Assembly: GCA_902477755.1 (NCBI GenBank)
Contig: CABSIK010000003.1
Span: 148,912 to 212,911 of the forward strand
Direction of reading: 5' to 3'
DNA length: 64,000 bases
Source: an uncultured Clostridia bacterium
GTDB lineage: Bacteria; Bacillota; Clostridia; Lachnospirales; Anaerotignaceae
Each line of letters opens with the position of its first letter. Position 1 is the first letter of the stretch. The notes under the pieces are model-generated. The model was given only the letters and a program-made list of their open reading frames with translations, was not told where the DNA came from and did not search any database. Of this stretch, positions 26,456 to 37,975 are shown one piece after another. A program made the position numbers and the translations under genes.

Positions 26456-29400
26456 TTATTTCCAATATTCCACTGCGGATTTGAACAATTTCATATCAAA
26501 TTCGCCGGGTACGTTCTGATACAGACGGTCAGCGATACGTTCGGAGTGACCCATCTTACCCAGTACACGACCATCGGGAGAAAGCAGACCTTCGATGGCG
26601 AAGGCAGAGCCGTTAGGGTTGTACTGAATATCGTTTGTAGGGTTGCCGTTCTGATCTACATACTGTGTGAGAATCTGACCGTTTTCTGCCAGCTGGCGCA
26701 GAAGCGCTTCATCTGCCAGCAGACGACCTTCGCCGTGGGAAATAGGCACGGTGAAGATGTCGCCGGGCTGTACGTTGGACAGCCAAGGAGATTTATTGGA
26801 AGCCACACGAGTACGAACCAGTTTGGACTGGTGTCTGTGGATGGTGTTATAAGTCAGTGTCGGGCAGTTTTCATCGGTGTCGATGATCTTGCCATAAGGC
26901 ACCAGACCCAGTTTGATCAGTGCCTGGAAACCGTTACAGATACCGCAAATCAAACCATCTCTGTCTTCCAGCAGTTTTGTCACAGCTTCTTTTACTTCAG
27001 GGTTCCGGAAGAATGCTGTGATGAATTTACCAGAGCCGTCAGGTTCGTCACCGCCGGAGAAACCGCCAGGGATGAAGATCATCTGGCTGTCGTTCAGTTT
27101 CTTCGCAAATGTTTCTACGGAGTTTGCGATACCAGCTGCAGAAAGGTTGTTGATAACAAAGATTTCCGCTTCCGCACCTGCGCGTTCCATAGCTTTTGCG
27201 GAATCGTATTCGCAGTTTGTACCGGGGAATACAGGAATCAGAACCTTAGGTTTTGCGAACTGCAAACGGGGTTTTGCAAAGCTTTCTGCACGATATGTAA
27301 AGGTAGGCAGTTCTTTTGCTTCTGTTTCGATGTTGCAGGAGTAAATAGGTTCCAATTTGCCTTCGTAAACATCGTACAGGTCAGCCAGTGCGATAGAAAC
27401 GCCGTTTTTTGCGATAGCATTGCCGCCGGTTCTGCCCAGCAGAGTGCCAACTTCATCTTCGCCGCTCAGTTCCAGCACAAATGCGCCGTAAGTATAACCG
27501 AAGATATCTTCTTTGGTCAGACCATCTGCATAAGTAAAGCCGATGTCGTTACCCATTGCCATTTTCAGCACTGCTTCTGCTACGCCGCCATAAGTGGGTG
27601 TGTAAGCTGCGCAGACCTTACCTGCACGCATCAGGTCGTTCACCTGTGCAAACAGCGCTTTCAGGCTGTCAGCGGTAGGCAGACCGTTTTCATCGTAAAC
27701 GGGTTTCAGCAGTACCACTTTATGATTTTCTCCTTTAAATTCGGGAGAGATGATATTTGCTACATTTTCTGTTGTCACAGCGAAAGAAACCAGTGTGGGA
27801 GGTACGTCGATATGTTCAAAAGTACCGCTCATGGAGTCTTTACCGCCGATGGCAGCAATTTCCAGACCTTTCTGTGCCATAAACGCACCCAACAGAGCTG
27901 CCATGGGTTTGCCCCAACGTTTGGGGTCTTTCATAGGTTTTTCGAAGTATTCCTGGAAGGACAGGTATACATCTTCAAATTTCGCACCTGTTGCGATAAG
28001 TTTCGCAACGGATTCCACAACTGCCAGATATGCGCTGTGATAAGGGCTCTTTTCTGCGATGAAAGGATTGTAGCCCCAAGCCATCAAAGAGCATGTTTTC
28101 GCGTCAGCTTTTTCCATAGAAACTTTGTTTACCATAGCCTGAATAGGTGTTCTCTGGTTTTTGCCGCCGAAAGGCATCAGGACTGTGCCTGCACCGATGG
28201 TGGAGTCAAAGCGTTCAGACAGACCACGTTTGGAGCAAACATTCAGGTCACCAGCCAAATCCATGTAAGCTTCTTTGAAATCGTCTTTGATTTCTTTGTC
28301 ATAGCTTTCGGGAGCCACAGGTGTGATATCGATATGTTTTTCTGCACCGTTGGAGTTCAGAAATTCACGGGAAATGTTAACGATCTTCTTATCGTTCCAG
28401 TACATTACCAGATAAGGATTTGCCTTTACTTCCGCTACAACGGTAGCTTCCAGATTTTCTGCGTAAGCCAGTTCTTTGAAGCGTTCCACATCTTCTGCCG
28501 CAACAACAACTGCCATACGTTCCTGAGATTCACTGATGGCCAGTTCTGTGCCGTCCAGACCTTCATATTTCTTAGGAACCGCGTTCAGGTTGATTTCCAG
28601 ACCATCTGCCAGTTCCCCAATGGCAACGGATACACCGCCGGCACCGAAGTCATTGCAGCGTTTGATCAGGCGAGATGCTTCTGCATTACGGAACAATCTC
28701 TGCAGTTTTCTTTCTTCGGGAGCGTTACCCTTCTGTACTTCTGCGCCGCAGTTTTCCAGAGATTCCAGTGTATGGGATTTGGAGGAGCCTGTTGCACCGC
28801 CGCAGCCGTCACGACCGGTTCTGCCGCCCAGCAGAATAACAATATCCCCGTCTTCGGGACGTTCTCTGCGTACATTTTCCGCAGGAGCCGCACCGATAAC
28901 CGCGCCGATTTCCATTCTCTTAGCCACATAGCCGTCGTGGTAGATTTCGTCTACCTGACCTGTTGCCAGACCAATCTGGTTGCCGTAAGAGCTGTAACCA
29001 GCAGCAGCTGTGGTAACAATTTTTCTCTGAGGCAGTTTGCCCTGGAGTGTTTCGGAAACGGGAGTCAGAGGGTTGCCTGCACCTGTTACACGCATGGCAG
29101 CGTATACATAGGAACGACCGCTCAGAGGGTCACGAATAGCACCGCCCACGCAGGTTGCAGCGCCGCCGAAAGGTTCGATTTCTGTGGGATGGTTGTGTGT
29201 TTCGTTTTTGAACAGCAGCAGCCATTTTTCCACTCTGTCTTCCACTTCTACGTCAATTTTGACTGTACAAGCGTTGATTTCTTCGGATTCATCCAGTTTA
29301 TCCAGCTTGCCCTGCTGTTTCAGGAATTTTGCCACAATGGTGCCCATATCCATCAGGTTGATGGGTTTTGTTCTGCCAATGGCTTCTCTTGTTTTCAGAT

Positions 29401-30142
29401 ATTCGTCATAAGCGCTCTGGAGCAGTGCGTCTTCAAATTTCACGCTGTCGATGGTTGTCAGGAATGTGGTATGACGGCAGTGATCAGACCAGTATGTATC
29501 AATCATTTTGATTTCTGTAATGGTAGGATCTCTGTGTTCACTCTGGAAATAAGCCTGACATACTTTGATATCGTCCAGATCCATTGCCAGACCCTGATCC
29601 GCTACAAACTGCGCCAGTGCAGCTTCGTCCATTTCGCAGAAACCGTCCAGTGTTGCCACGGAAGTGGGGATTTCATATACCATTTCCAGTGTATCTGCTT
29701 CTGCCAGAGCAGCTTCTCTGGATTCCACAGGGTTGATGACATATTTCTTGATAGCTTCCACATCAGCGTCTGTCAGATCGCCGTACAGCAGGTAAACTTT
29801 CGCACTCTTTACCAGAGGTCTGTCCTGTTTGGAAATGATCTGGATACATTCTGCTGCGGAGTTTGCTCTCTGGTCAAACTGACCGGGCAAAAATTCCACT
29901 GCGAATACTTTCGCGCCATCCTGAGGGATTTCTGTCAGCAGATCATCCAGCTGAGGTTCGGAAAATACCGTTGTTTTGCAGTTTTCAAACAATTCTTTGT
30001 CAATGTGTTCTACGTCGTAACGATTCAAAAGGCGCAGACCTGTCAGACCTTTGATGCCCAGCAGGTTCACCAGATCGGCTCTCAAGCCGTCTGCTTCTGT
30101 CTGCAAACCCTGTTTTTTCTCCACATAAATTCTATAAACCAT
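26456..30142 (-). CDS. purL: phosphoribosylformylglycinamidine synthase, single-chain large form (PurS-like + PurL + glutaminase domains)
   Basis: 1228 aa. The C-terminal class I glutamine amidotransferase has GICNGFQAL and the HGEGR region. Confidence 0.95.
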   Translation of the reverse strand: MVYRIYVEKKQGLQTEADGLRADLVNLLGIKGLTGLRLLNRYDVEHIDKELFENCKTTVFSEPQLDDLLTEIPQDGAKVFAVEFLPGQFDQRANSAAECIQIISKQDRPLVKSAKVYLLYGDLTDADVEAIKKYVINPVESREAALAEADTLEMVYEIPTSVATLDGFCEMDEAALAQFVADQGLAMDLDDIKVCQAYFQSEHRDPTITEIKMIDTYWSDHCRHTTFLTTIDSVKFEDALLQSAYDEYLKTREAIGRTKPINLMDMGTIVAKFLKQQGKLDKLDESEEINACTVKIDVEVEDRVEKWLLLFKNETHNHPTEIEPFGGAATCVGGAIRDPLSGRSYVYAAMRVTGAGNPLTPVSETLQGKLPQRKIVTTAAAGYSSYGNQIGLATGQVDEIYHDGYVAKRMEIGAVIGAAPAENVRRERPEDGDIVILLGGRTGRDGCGGATGSSKSHTLESLENCGAEVQKGNAPEERKLQRLFRNAEASRLIKRCNDFGAGGVSVAIGELADGLEINLNAVPKKYEGLDGTELAISESQERMAVVVAAEDVERFKELAYAENLEATVVAEVKANPYLVMYWNDKKIVNISREFLNSNGAEKHIDITPVAPESYDKEIKDDFKEAYMDLAGDLNVCSKRGLSERFDSTIGAGTVLMPFGGKNQRTPIQAMVNKVSMEKADAKTCSLMAWGYNPFIAEKSPYHSAYLAVVESVAKLIATGAKFEDVYLSFQEYFEKPMKDPKRWGKPMAALLGAFMAQKGLEIAAIGGKDSMSGTFEHIDVPPTLVSFAVTTENVANIISPEFKGENHKVVLLKPVYDENGLPTADSLKALFAQVNDLMRAGKVCAAYTPTYGGVAEAVLKMAMGNDIGFTYADGLTKEDIFGYTYGAFVLELSGEDEVGTLLGRTGGNAIAKNGVSIALADLYDVYEGKLEPIYSCNIETEAKELPTFTYRAESFAKPRLQFAKPKVLIPVFPGTNCEYDSAKAMERAGAEAEIFVINNLSAAGIANSVETFAKKLNDSQMIFIPGGFSGGDEPDGSGKFITAFFRNPEVKEAVTKLLEDRDGLICGICNGFQALIKLGLVPYGKIIDTDENCPTLTYNTIHRHQSKLVRTRVASNKSPWLSNVQPGDIFTVPISHGEGRLLADEALLRQLAENGQILTQYVDQNGNPTNDIQYNPNGSAFAIEGLLSPDGRVLGKMGHSERIADRLYQNVPGEFDMKLFKSAVEYWK

Positions 30143-30147
30143 AGATG

Positions 30148-31410
30148 TTACACCTCCGCCGCAAGGGCTTTTTTACCAATATCTTTCCGATAATATGCGT
30201 TTGCAAAACTTACGGTTTTTACCGTTTCATAGGCTTTATCCACAGCTTCTGCCAATGTGTCAGCCACTTCTGTCACACCCAGCACACGACCGCCACCGGT
30301 CACCAGTTTGCCGTCTTTGATTTTCGCGCCAGCCACGAAGATTCTGCTGGAATCTGCAGGCAGTGTGATTTCATAGCCGCTTTCGTATTTGCCGGGATAG
30401 CCTTCAGACGCCATGATGACACAGCAAGCTGCTTTGTTGCTGAATTTCACTTCAGCGTCTGCCAGTGTGCCGTTGGCGATATGCTGCATGATGCTCAGCA
30501 GGTCACTTTCCAGCAAAGGCAGAACTACCTGTGTTTCAGGGTCGCCGAAACGGCAGTTGTATTCGATTACTTTGGGGCCGTTGGGTGTCAGCATCAGACC
30601 AAAGTACAGGCAGCCTTTGAATGTTCTGCCTTCTTTGTTCATAGCTTCCATGGTAGGCAGGAAAATGGTTTTCATGCATTCTTCCGCAACAGCTTCTGTA
30701 TAGTAAGGATTGGGAGCAACTGTTCCCATACCGCCTGTATTCAGACCTTTATCGCCGTCCAGCGCGCGTTTGTGGTCCATGGAAGAAACCATGGGAATCA
30801 TGGTTTTGCCGTCTGTGAATGCCAGAACGGAAACTTCCGGGCCTGTCAGGAATTCTTCCACAACGATGTGGTCACCGCTGGCACCGAAAACTTTATCTTC
30901 CATGATGGTTTTTACACCAGCTTTTGCCTGTTCTCTTGTTTCGGCAATGATAACGCCTTTGCCCAGTGCTAAACCGTCTGCTTTGATAACGGTAGGAATG
31001 GGTGCTGTTTCCAGATAAGCCAGCGCGTCTTCTGCGTTGTCAAAGACTTCGTAAGCCGCTGTAGGGATGTTGTATTTCTTCATGAGATTTTTGGAGAACA
31101 CTTTGCTGCCTTCCAAAATCGCTGCGTTTTTGTTAGGGCCGAAGCAAGGCACACCGATGGCTTCCAGTGCGTCAACTGCGCCCAATACCAGAGGATCGTC
31201 AGGAGCCACCACTGCGAAATCAATGGCTTTTTCTTTTGCAAATGCCACAATGCCGTCAATATCCTTCGCGCCGATATCCACACAGACTGCATCCTGCGCA
31301 ATACCGCCATTGCCGGGCAGTGCGTACAGTTCTGTCACATCTTTGTTTTCCTTAATCTTCTTCACGATGGTATGTTCTCTGCCACCGCCGCCTACAACCA
31401 TAACTTTCAT
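30148..31410 (-). CDS. purD: phosphoribosylamine-glycine ligase
   Basis: 420 aa. MKVMVVGGGGREH..., ATP-grasp. Confidence 0.95.
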   Translation of the reverse strand: MKVMVVGGGGREHTIVKKIKENKDVTELYALPGNGGIAQDAVCVDIGAKDIDGIVAFAKEKAIDFAVVAPDDPLVLGAVDALEAIGVPCFGPNKNAAILEGSKVFSKNLMKKYNIPTAAYEVFDNAEDALAYLETAPIPTVIKADGLALGKGVIIAETREQAKAGVKTIMEDKVFGASGDHIVVEEFLTGPEVSVLAFTDGKTMIPMVSSMDHKRALDGDKGLNTGGMGTVAPNPYYTEAVAEECMKTIFLPTMEAMNKEGRTFKGCLYFGLMLTPNGPKVIEYNCRFGDPETQVVLPLLESDLLSIMQHIANGTLADAEVKFSNKAACCVIMASEGYPGKYESGYEITLPADSSRIFVAGAKIKDGKLVTGGGRVLGVTEVADTLAEAVDKAYETVKTVSFANAYYRKDIGKKALAAEV

Positions 31411-31435
31411 ATATTGATTCCTCCCGTTTTCTCTC

Positions 31436-32620
31436 TTAGTGATGGAACAGTCTCATGCCGGTAAATGCCATAACCATGCCGAATTTGTTGCAGGTTTCGA
31501 TGACATTGTCGTCACGGATGGAACCGCCGGGTTCCGCAATATAAGTTACGCCGCTCTTAGCCGCACGTTCGATGTTGTCACCGAAGGGGAAGAAAGCGTC
31601 ACTGCCCAGAGCCACACCTTTGATAGAATCCAGGTATGCTCTCTTTTCTTCTTTTGTAAGAGGTTCGGGTTTTTCAGAGAAGAATTTCTGCCATGTGCCT
31701 TCTGCCAGAACGTCTTCATAGTCGTCAGAGATATAAACGTCGATGGTGTTATCTCTGTCAGGTCTGCCTACAGTAGGCAGGAAAGGCAGGTTCAGCACTT
31801 TTTCATGCTGACGCAGATGCCATACGTCCGCTTTGCCGCCAGCCAGTCTGGTGCAGTGGATTCTGGACTGCTGACCTGCGCCAACGCCGATAGCCTGACC
31901 GTCTTTGGCAAAGCATACGGAGTTGGACTGTGTATATTTCAGTGTGATCAGAGCAATGATCAGGTCGCGTTTTGCCGCATCAGGCAGTTCTTTGTTTTCT
32001 GTCACGATATTGTTCAGCAGTTCTTCGTCGATTTTGAAATCGTTTCTGCCCTGTTCAAATGTGATGCCGTAAACCTGTTTTCTTTCCTGTTTTTCAGGTA
32101 CATAGTTAGGATCGATTTTTACAATGTTGTAGCTGCCTTTGCGTTTGCTTTTCAGGATTTCCAATGCTTCGGGTGTATAGCCTGGAGCAATGATACCGTC
32201 GGAGACTTCTCTTTTCAGCAGACGAGCGGTTACTTCGTCGCAAACATCACTGAGGGCAACCCAGTCACCAAAGGAGCACATTCTGTCTGTGCCTCTTGCT
32301 CTTGCGTAAGCCAGCGCAACGGGAGAATCATCCAGACCTTCGATATCGTCTACAAAGCAAGCTTTTTTCAGTTCCGCGCTCATAGGTACGCCGACAGCTG
32401 CGGAAGTGGGGCTTACATGTTTGAAGGAGGTTGCCGCAGGCATGCCCAGGGCTTCCTTCAGTTCTTTCACCAGCTGCCAGCTGTTGAACGCGTCCAAAAA
32501 GTTGATATAACCCGGTTTGCCGTTGAGAATTTCAATGGGCAAATCACTGCCGTCCGCCATAAAGATTTTTGCCGGTTTCTGGTTGGGGTTACAACCATAT
32601 TTCAATTCAAATTCTTTCAT
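31436..32620 (-). CDS. purH: AICAR formyltransferase (PurH C-terminal domain only; no MGS-like IMP cyclohydrolase domain)
   Basis: 394 aa. MKEFELKYGCNPNQKPA...GAGQQSRIHCTRLA...GSDAFFPF typical of the AICARFT domain. Length is about 120 aa shorter than bifunctional PurH. Confidence 0.85.
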   Translation of the reverse strand: MKEFELKYGCNPNQKPAKIFMADGSDLPIEILNGKPGYINFLDAFNSWQLVKELKEALGMPAATSFKHVSPTSAAVGVPMSAELKKACFVDDIEGLDDSPVALAYARARGTDRMCSFGDWVALSDVCDEVTARLLKREVSDGIIAPGYTPEALEILKSKRKGSYNIVKIDPNYVPEKQERKQVYGITFEQGRNDFKIDEELLNNIVTENKELPDAAKRDLIIALITLKYTQSNSVCFAKDGQAIGVGAGQQSRIHCTRLAGGKADVWHLRQHEKVLNLPFLPTVGRPDRDNTIDVYISDDYEDVLAEGTWQKFFSEKPEPLTKEEKRAYLDSIKGVALGSDAFFPFGDNIERAAKSGVTYIAEPGGSIRDDNVIETCNKFGMVMAFTGMRLFHH

Positions 32621-32643
32621 ACCGCTTCTCTCCTTCTAAAATT

Positions 32644-34080
32644 TCAAACCTTCAATTCTGCCTGAATCTCACCGTCATGCCACCGCTGCAAAATGGGCTG
32701 GATGGTATAAGCCACCAGTTCTTCCACCTGAGAGGCACATCTGCCGATATAACGCTTGGGGTCCAGTTCCGCATAGATTTCCTCCTCTGTCAGAGGGAAT
32801 GCGGGATCGTCCACAATGCGCTGAATCAGGTCATTGGTGCCGCCTTCCAGTTTCACTTTTGCCGCTGCCCCATGGGAATGGGTGCGCAGACGTTCGTGAA
32901 GTTCCTGTCTGTTGCCGCCTTTTTTCACAGACTGCATCAGGATGTTTTCTGTTGCCATAAAAGGCAGTTTTTCCATGACACGACGGTTTACAACCTTATC
33001 ATAGACCACAATGCCGCCGGTCACGTTAATATAGATATTTAAAATGGCATCTACTGCCAGAAACGCTTCCGCAATGGAAATACGTTTATTTGCTGAGTCA
33101 TCCAGAGTACGTTCAAACCACTGGGTTCCTGCTGTCAGTGCCGGATTCAGAGAATCTACAATGACATATCTTGCCAGTGCGGAAATACGCTCACTGCGCA
33201 TGGGATTGCGCTTGTAAGGCATTGCAGAAGAACCGATCTGATTCTTTTCAAAAGGCTCCTCCATTTCCTCAAAGGACTGCAAAATACGCATGTCATTGGA
33301 GAATTTATATGCGCTCTGAGCAAAACCGGACAGAACAGAGAGGAAATAAGCGTCTACCTTTCTGGAATAAGTCTGACCGGAAACGGGAACCACGCCGGGG
33401 AATCCCATTTCATCGGCGATCATGGTTTCCATCTTTTTAATCTTTTCTTCATCGCCGTCAAAAAGCTCCATAAAGCTCGCCTGTGTGCCTGTGGTGCCTT
33501 TGGAGCCCAAAAGCAGCAGCTTGTCCAAACGATGCTCCAGTTCCAGCACATCCTGAGAAAGTTCATACATCCACAGAGCCGCACGTTTGCCGACGGTGGT
33601 CAGCTGTGCAGGCTGCAAGTGGGTATAAGCAAGGCATGGCATATCCTTATATTCCATAGCAAAATCAGACAGGTTTTTCAGTACCTGTGCCGCTTTCTTC
33701 AGAATGATTTCGGAAGCCTTCCGCAGAATGATGATATCTGTATTATCCCCTACATAACAGCTGGTTGCGCCCAGATGGATGATGGGTTCCGCCGCAGGGC
33801 ACTGTTTCCCAAAAGCGTAAACATGGCTCATAACGTCATGGCGAACGATTCGTTCTCTTTCTTCTGCCACTTCGTAATTGACGTCGTCTTTAAACGCCTC
33901 CATCTGTGCAATCTGTTCATCTGTAATATCCAAACCCAATGCTTTTTCCGCCCGTGCCAATGCGATCCAAAGTCTGCGCCATGTACGGAACTTAAACTGT
34001 TCAGAAAATACTTCCTGCATTTCCTTGCTGGCATAACGGGTAGAAAAAGGTGAAATATAAATTTCCTTGTTTTCGTGCAT
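32644..34080 (-). CDS. purB: adenylosuccinate lyase
   Basis: 478 aa. GSSAMPYKRNP signature of the fumarate lyase family. Confidence 0.95.
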   Translation of the reverse strand: MHENKEIYISPFSTRYASKEMQEVFSEQFKFRTWRRLWIALARAEKALGLDITDEQIAQMEAFKDDVNYEVAEERERIVRHDVMSHVYAFGKQCPAAEPIIHLGATSCYVGDNTDIIILRKASEIILKKAAQVLKNLSDFAMEYKDMPCLAYTHLQPAQLTTVGKRAALWMYELSQDVLELEHRLDKLLLLGSKGTTGTQASFMELFDGDEEKIKKMETMIADEMGFPGVVPVSGQTYSRKVDAYFLSVLSGFAQSAYKFSNDMRILQSFEEMEEPFEKNQIGSSAMPYKRNPMRSERISALARYVIVDSLNPALTAGTQWFERTLDDSANKRISIAEAFLAVDAILNIYINVTGGIVVYDKVVNRRVMEKLPFMATENILMQSVKKGGNRQELHERLRTHSHGAAAKVKLEGGTNDLIQRIVDDPAFPLTEEEIYAELDPKRYIGRCASQVEELVAYTIQPILQRWHDGEIQAELKV

Positions 34081-34099
34081 CCTGTACTCCTCTTTTGAT

Positions 34100-34819
34100 T
34101 TATTTGTTTTTGTTGATCATTCTGTTTTCCACAGCGCCTGTTTCCAAGTCGATGTAGCGAACATAAATGGAGATTTTGTTCTGTTCATTCAGGTTTTCCC
34201 AGATTTCATTCAGGAATGTGTCGATGTCATCGGGGATTGCCACACGTTCGGGTTCACCCTGGAATGTAGGCAGGGGGTTGCCGTCGCAAGCATAAGTATG
34301 GATGAAGTGACCCAGACCTGCTGTTGCAGCATAGGAGAAGGTGTAGCGGTTGCATGCGCTGCCTTCTGCGTCTGCGCTTTTCAGGATACTCATTTTGTAT
34401 GTGAAATCTTTTTCCCCGAATGTGAGCATACCGCTGATTCTAGGGGTAAAGTTGGGTGCGTCAGGTTCAAATTCTCTTGTTTCCAGAGCTTCTTCGAATG
34501 TTTTACCGTCTTTGATGAAGTCATAAACGGTGTCTGTCTGATCGCCGTTTGTCACAATCAGTTTGTTTTCCCATTTTTTGATGGGAGAATAAATAATCAG
34601 AGAAGGATCTTCCACTTTGGAAGCATCGAAGGGTTCAATGATGACTTCGTCGCCTTTTTCGATGAACACACGGTTACGGCTGTTTTCGCTGCGGCCCATG
34701 ATGAAGTAAGCCACTGCCGCTTTTTTGGCATCTGCTGTTTTGCCGATGACAATGCCTCTGCCCACATAAGCGTTATCTTTCACCAGTGTAGCCATAGAAT
34801 CTTTTCTGTAAATATCCAT
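34100..34819 (-). CDS. purO: IMP cyclohydrolase, archaeal PurO-like family
   Basis: ORF 34100..34885 trimmed to ATG 34819 (AAAGGAAG plus 9 nt; starts 6 nt after the purN stop). YVGRGIVIGKTADAKKAAVAYFIMGRSENSRNR resembles PF07826-type proteins. Complements the truncated purH. Confidence 0.7.
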   Translation of the reverse strand: MDIYRKDSMATLVKDNAYVGRGIVIGKTADAKKAAVAYFIMGRSENSRNRVFIEKGDEVIIEPFDASKVEDPSLIIYSPIKKWENKLIVTNGDQTDTVYDFIKDGKTFEEALETREFEPDAPNFTPRISGMLTFGEKDFTYKMSILKSADAEGSACNRYTFSYAATAGLGHFIHTYACDGNPLPTFQGEPERVAIPDDIDTFLNEIWENLNEQNKISIYVRYIDLETGAVENRMINKNK

Positions 34820-34824
34820 GAAAA

Positions 34825-35433
34825 TTATCTTCCTTTCTGCAATTCTTTGGAAACCTGCTCTGTGGCACGGGGCAGCAGAATCCATTCCGCTTCCTCCATG
34901 ACACGGCGCTGGAGCACTTCCGGTGTATCTCCATCTTTGACTTCAACGGCTTTCTGCATGAGGATTTCGCCGCCGTCGGGGATTTCATTGACATAATGCA
35001 CCGTTGCCCCTGTCACTTTCACCCCATAAGCCAAAGCCGCTTCGTGGACTTTCAGACCATAATACCCTTTTCCGCAGAAAGAAGGGATCAAAGAGGGGTG
35101 GATATTGATGATCCGCTTAGGAAAAGCGGAAGTAAAGTTTTCGCTGAGAATGGACATGAAGCCTGCCAGAACAATCAGCTCAATGCCATGTTCTTTCAGG
35201 ACTTCTTTGACCTTTTCTTCATAAGCCAGCTGGGAATCAAATTCCTTTCTGACAACCACAGCGGAAGGAATGTTGTTTTCTGCCGCTCTTGTCAGGGCAT
35301 AAGCCTTATGGTTGCTGGCAAGTACCAAGGCGATTTCGCCGCTTTGCAGGATGCCGCTTTTCTGGGCATCAATCAACGCCTGCAAATTGGTGCCGCCGCC
35401 GGAAACAAAAACTGCTATTTTTGTTTTCAGCAT
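34825..35433 (-). CDS. purN: phosphoribosylglycinamide formyltransferase
   Basis: 202 aa. [17 protein letters not shown] and [12 protein letters not shown] motifs. Confidence 0.9.
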   Translation of the reverse strand: MLKTKIAVFVSGGGTNLQALIDAQKSGILQSGEIALVLASNHKAYALTRAAENNIPSAVVVRKEFDSQLAYEEKVKEVLKEHGIELIVLAGFMSILSENFTSAFPKRIINIHPSLIPSFCGKGYYGLKVHEAALAYGVKVTGATVHYVNEIPDGGEILMQKAVEVKDGDTPEVLQRRVMEEAEWILLPRATEQVSKELQKGR

Positions 35434-36464
35434 ATAACCACGCCCTCCTCGGAAGGAATGATTTCGCCCATGATGTAAGCGTCTTCACCGTTTGCTTTCA
35501 GGATTTCCAGTGCTTTTTCAGCGTCTGCTTTGGCAACCACAACGCTCATGCCAACGCCCATGTTGAATGTGTTGAACATGTCACGTTCGGGAATGTTGCC
35601 TTTTTCTGCCAACAGTTTGAAGATGGGAGGAATACGCAGTGCGCTCTTGTCAATTTTCGCACCAAAGCCTTTGGGGATGCTTCTGGGAATATTTTCATAG
35701 AAGCCGCCGCCTGTGATATGAGAAACTGCTTTCACTTTCACTTCTTCAAACAGTGCCAGCATCGGTTTTACATAGATTTTTGTAGGTGCCAGCAGGGTTT
35801 CGCCCAGAGATTTGCCGCCCAGTTCTTCCATAGGTGTTTTGATGTCTGCGTTTTCCACATCAAATACACGGCGAACCAGAGAGAAACCATTGGAGTGCAC
35901 GCCGCTGGAAGGCAGTGCGATCACAACGTCGCCAGCTTCCATGGTTTTGTTGTCCAGGATTTTGTCTTTGTCTACAACACCTACTGCGAAGCCAGCCAGA
36001 TCGTATTCGTCTTCGGGATAGAAACCGGGCATTTCTGCTGTTTCGCCGCCGATGAGAGCAGCGCCGGACTGTACACAGCCTTCTGCTACGCCGGAAACGA
36101 TAGCAGCTACTTTTTCAGGGAAGTTTTTGCCTACGGCAATATAGTCCAGGAAGAACAGAGGTTTTGCGCCGCAGCAAATGATGTCGTTGACGCACATAGC
36201 TACACAGTCGATACCTACTGTGTCATGCTTGTTCATCAAAAACGCCAGTTTCAGTTTTGTACCAACACCGTCAGTACCGCTTACCAGTACAGGTTTTGTG
36301 ATGCCTGTCAGATCCATTTCAAACAGACCGCCGAAACCACCGATATCGGACATTGCCCCTGCTGTTACGGTTCTTGCAATGTGTTTTTTCATCAGTTCCA
36401 CTGCCTGATACCCAGCGGTAATGTCCACACCTGCAGCTTTATAGCTTTCACTTTGACTTTTCAT
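35427..36464 (-). CDS. purM: phosphoribosylformylglycinamidine cyclo-ligase (AIR synthetase)
   Basis: 345 aa. [11 protein letters not shown]...[10 protein letters not shown]. Confidence 0.95.
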   Translation of the reverse strand: MKSQSESYKAAGVDITAGYQAVELMKKHIARTVTAGAMSDIGGFGGLFEMDLTGITKPVLVSGTDGVGTKLKLAFLMNKHDTVGIDCVAMCVNDIICCGAKPLFFLDYIAVGKNFPEKVAAIVSGVAEGCVQSGAALIGGETAEMPGFYPEDEYDLAGFAVGVVDKDKILDNKTMEAGDVVIALPSSGVHSNGFSLVRRVFDVENADIKTPMEELGGKSLGETLLAPTKIYVKPMLALFEEVKVKAVSHITGGGFYENIPRSIPKGFGAKIDKSALRIPPIFKLLAEKGNIPERDMFNTFNMGVGMSVVVAKADAEKALEILKANGEDAYIMGEIIPSEEGVVIC

Positions 36465-37899
36465 GATTGTTGCTCCTTTCGCTCAGCTTGCCTTCAAATC
36501 TGTTCTTGCACGTTTCTGTGGGAACTTCTGTGGGGTAATTCCCATCGAAGCAGGCGGCACAGTATCCGCAGCCCTTGGGGGTGCCCATGAGCATGCCCAG
36601 ATGGTCCAGATTCAGATAGCCGATGCTGTCCGCACCGATGATATCCCGAATCTCGTCCATGGTATGATTCACCGCAATGAGGTTTTCCTGGGAATCCACA
36701 TCTGTTCCGTAATAACAAGGGAATAAAAACGGCGGTGCGGAAGAACGGACATGGACTTCTTTTGCCCCTGCTTCCCGCAGCAGTTTGACGATTCTTGCGG
36801 AGGTAGTACCTCTGACAATGGAGTCGTCCACCATAACCACACGTTTTCCCTTAATGGTTTCTGATATTACATTCAGCTTGATTTTCACTTTATCTTCTCT
36901 CGCCTTTTGTCCCGGCGCGATAAAGGTACGACCGATATATTTATTCTTGATAAATCCAATGCCATAAGGAATGCCGGATTGTCTGGCATATCCAATGGCT
37001 GCGTCGATACCGGAATCCGGCACACCAATGACAACATCCGCCTGTACAGGATGTTCCATGGCAAGACAGGCACCTGCCGTTACTCTGGCATGATGTACGC
37101 TGACGCCGTCGATTCTGGAATCGGGTCTGGAAAAATAAATATGCTCAAAAATACACAAGTGCTTCTCTGCTTCACCCATATGGTCAGAAATAGTACGGAT
37201 TTCATCGCCGTCAAAAACTACGATTTCCCCCGGTTCTACATCTCGGATAAATGCTGCGCTGACTGCATCCAAGGCGCAGGTTTCCGAAGCAATGACGTAA
37301 GTCCCTTCTTCTGTGACACCATAGCAGAGAGGATGGAATCCATGAGGATCTCTTGCCGCAATCATTTTCGTGGAGGACATAACCACCAGAGAGTAAGCCC
37401 CTTTGATGCGATGCATTGCCCGATTGACTGCCTCCTCGATGGAAGGTGCATTCAGCCGTTCCTTTGTGATGATGTAGGAAATGACTTCTGTATCACTGGT
37501 GGTGTGGAAAATGGAACCTTCCAACTCCAGTTCCCGCCGCAGTTCAAAGGAATTGACCAGATTGCCGTTATGTGCCAGAGCCATTGCCCCTTTCACATGG
37601 TTCACAACGATAGGCTGGGCATTGAGTCTGCCGCCGCCGCCAGTTGTGCCATAGCGCACATGACCTACAGCCATGTTCCCTTCTCCCAGGTGCTCCATCA
37701 CTGCTGGGGTAAAGACATCATTGACCAGACCGCCGTCCTTATGGTACGTAAATAAACCATCGTCATTGACCACAATCCCACAGCTTTCCTGTCCCCGATG
37801 CTGTAGAGCAAACAAACCGTAATATGCCGTAGATGCAACAGAGGTTTTTTCCTTGGCATATACACCAAAAACGCCGCATTCTTCATGGATCTTATTCAT
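36448..37899 (-). CDS. purF: amidophosphoribosyltransferase
   Basis: 483 aa. Ntn-amidotransferase N-terminus [16 protein letters not shown] motif [13 protein letters not shown] and a C-terminal Cys cluster. Confidence 0.95.
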   Translation of the reverse strand: MNKIHEECGVFGVYAKEKTSVASTAYYGLFALQHRGQESCGIVVNDDGLFTYHKDGGLVNDVFTPAVMEHLGEGNMAVGHVRYGTTGGGGRLNAQPIVVNHVKGAMALAHNGNLVNSFELRRELELEGSIFHTTSDTEVISYIITKERLNAPSIEEAVNRAMHRIKGAYSLVVMSSTKMIAARDPHGFHPLCYGVTEEGTYVIASETCALDAVSAAFIRDVEPGEIVVFDGDEIRTISDHMGEAEKHLCIFEHIYFSRPDSRIDGVSVHHARVTAGACLAMEHPVQADVVIGVPDSGIDAAIGYARQSGIPYGIGFIKNKYIGRTFIAPGQKAREDKVKIKLNVISETIKGKRVVMVDDSIVRGTTSARIVKLLREAGAKEVHVRSSAPPFLFPCYYGTDVDSQENLIAVNHTMDEIRDIIGADSIGYLNLDHLGMLMGTPKGCGYCAACFDGNYPTEVPTETCKNRFEGKLSERSNNHEKSK

Positions 37900-37975
37900 T
37901 TTTCCAGCTCCTTGTTCCGCCTGTTCTTTCTGACAGGGGTTCTTTTGTATCTGTGTTTATTTCGTATGTATGGTA

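Noticed and set aside
26546-30193. 1215-aa plus-strand ORF, with similar giants at 40514..44245 (-), 16482..18779 (+), 9782..11878 (+), 52030..53463 (+) and 53538..54806 (+)
   Set aside because: All lie exactly antisense and codon-aligned to strongly supported genes (purL, carB/pyrK, infB, pnp, mutS2, obg). Their composition is Cys/Phe/His-rich junk and they have no SD. They are explained by avoidance of TTA/CTA/TCA codons on the sense strand.
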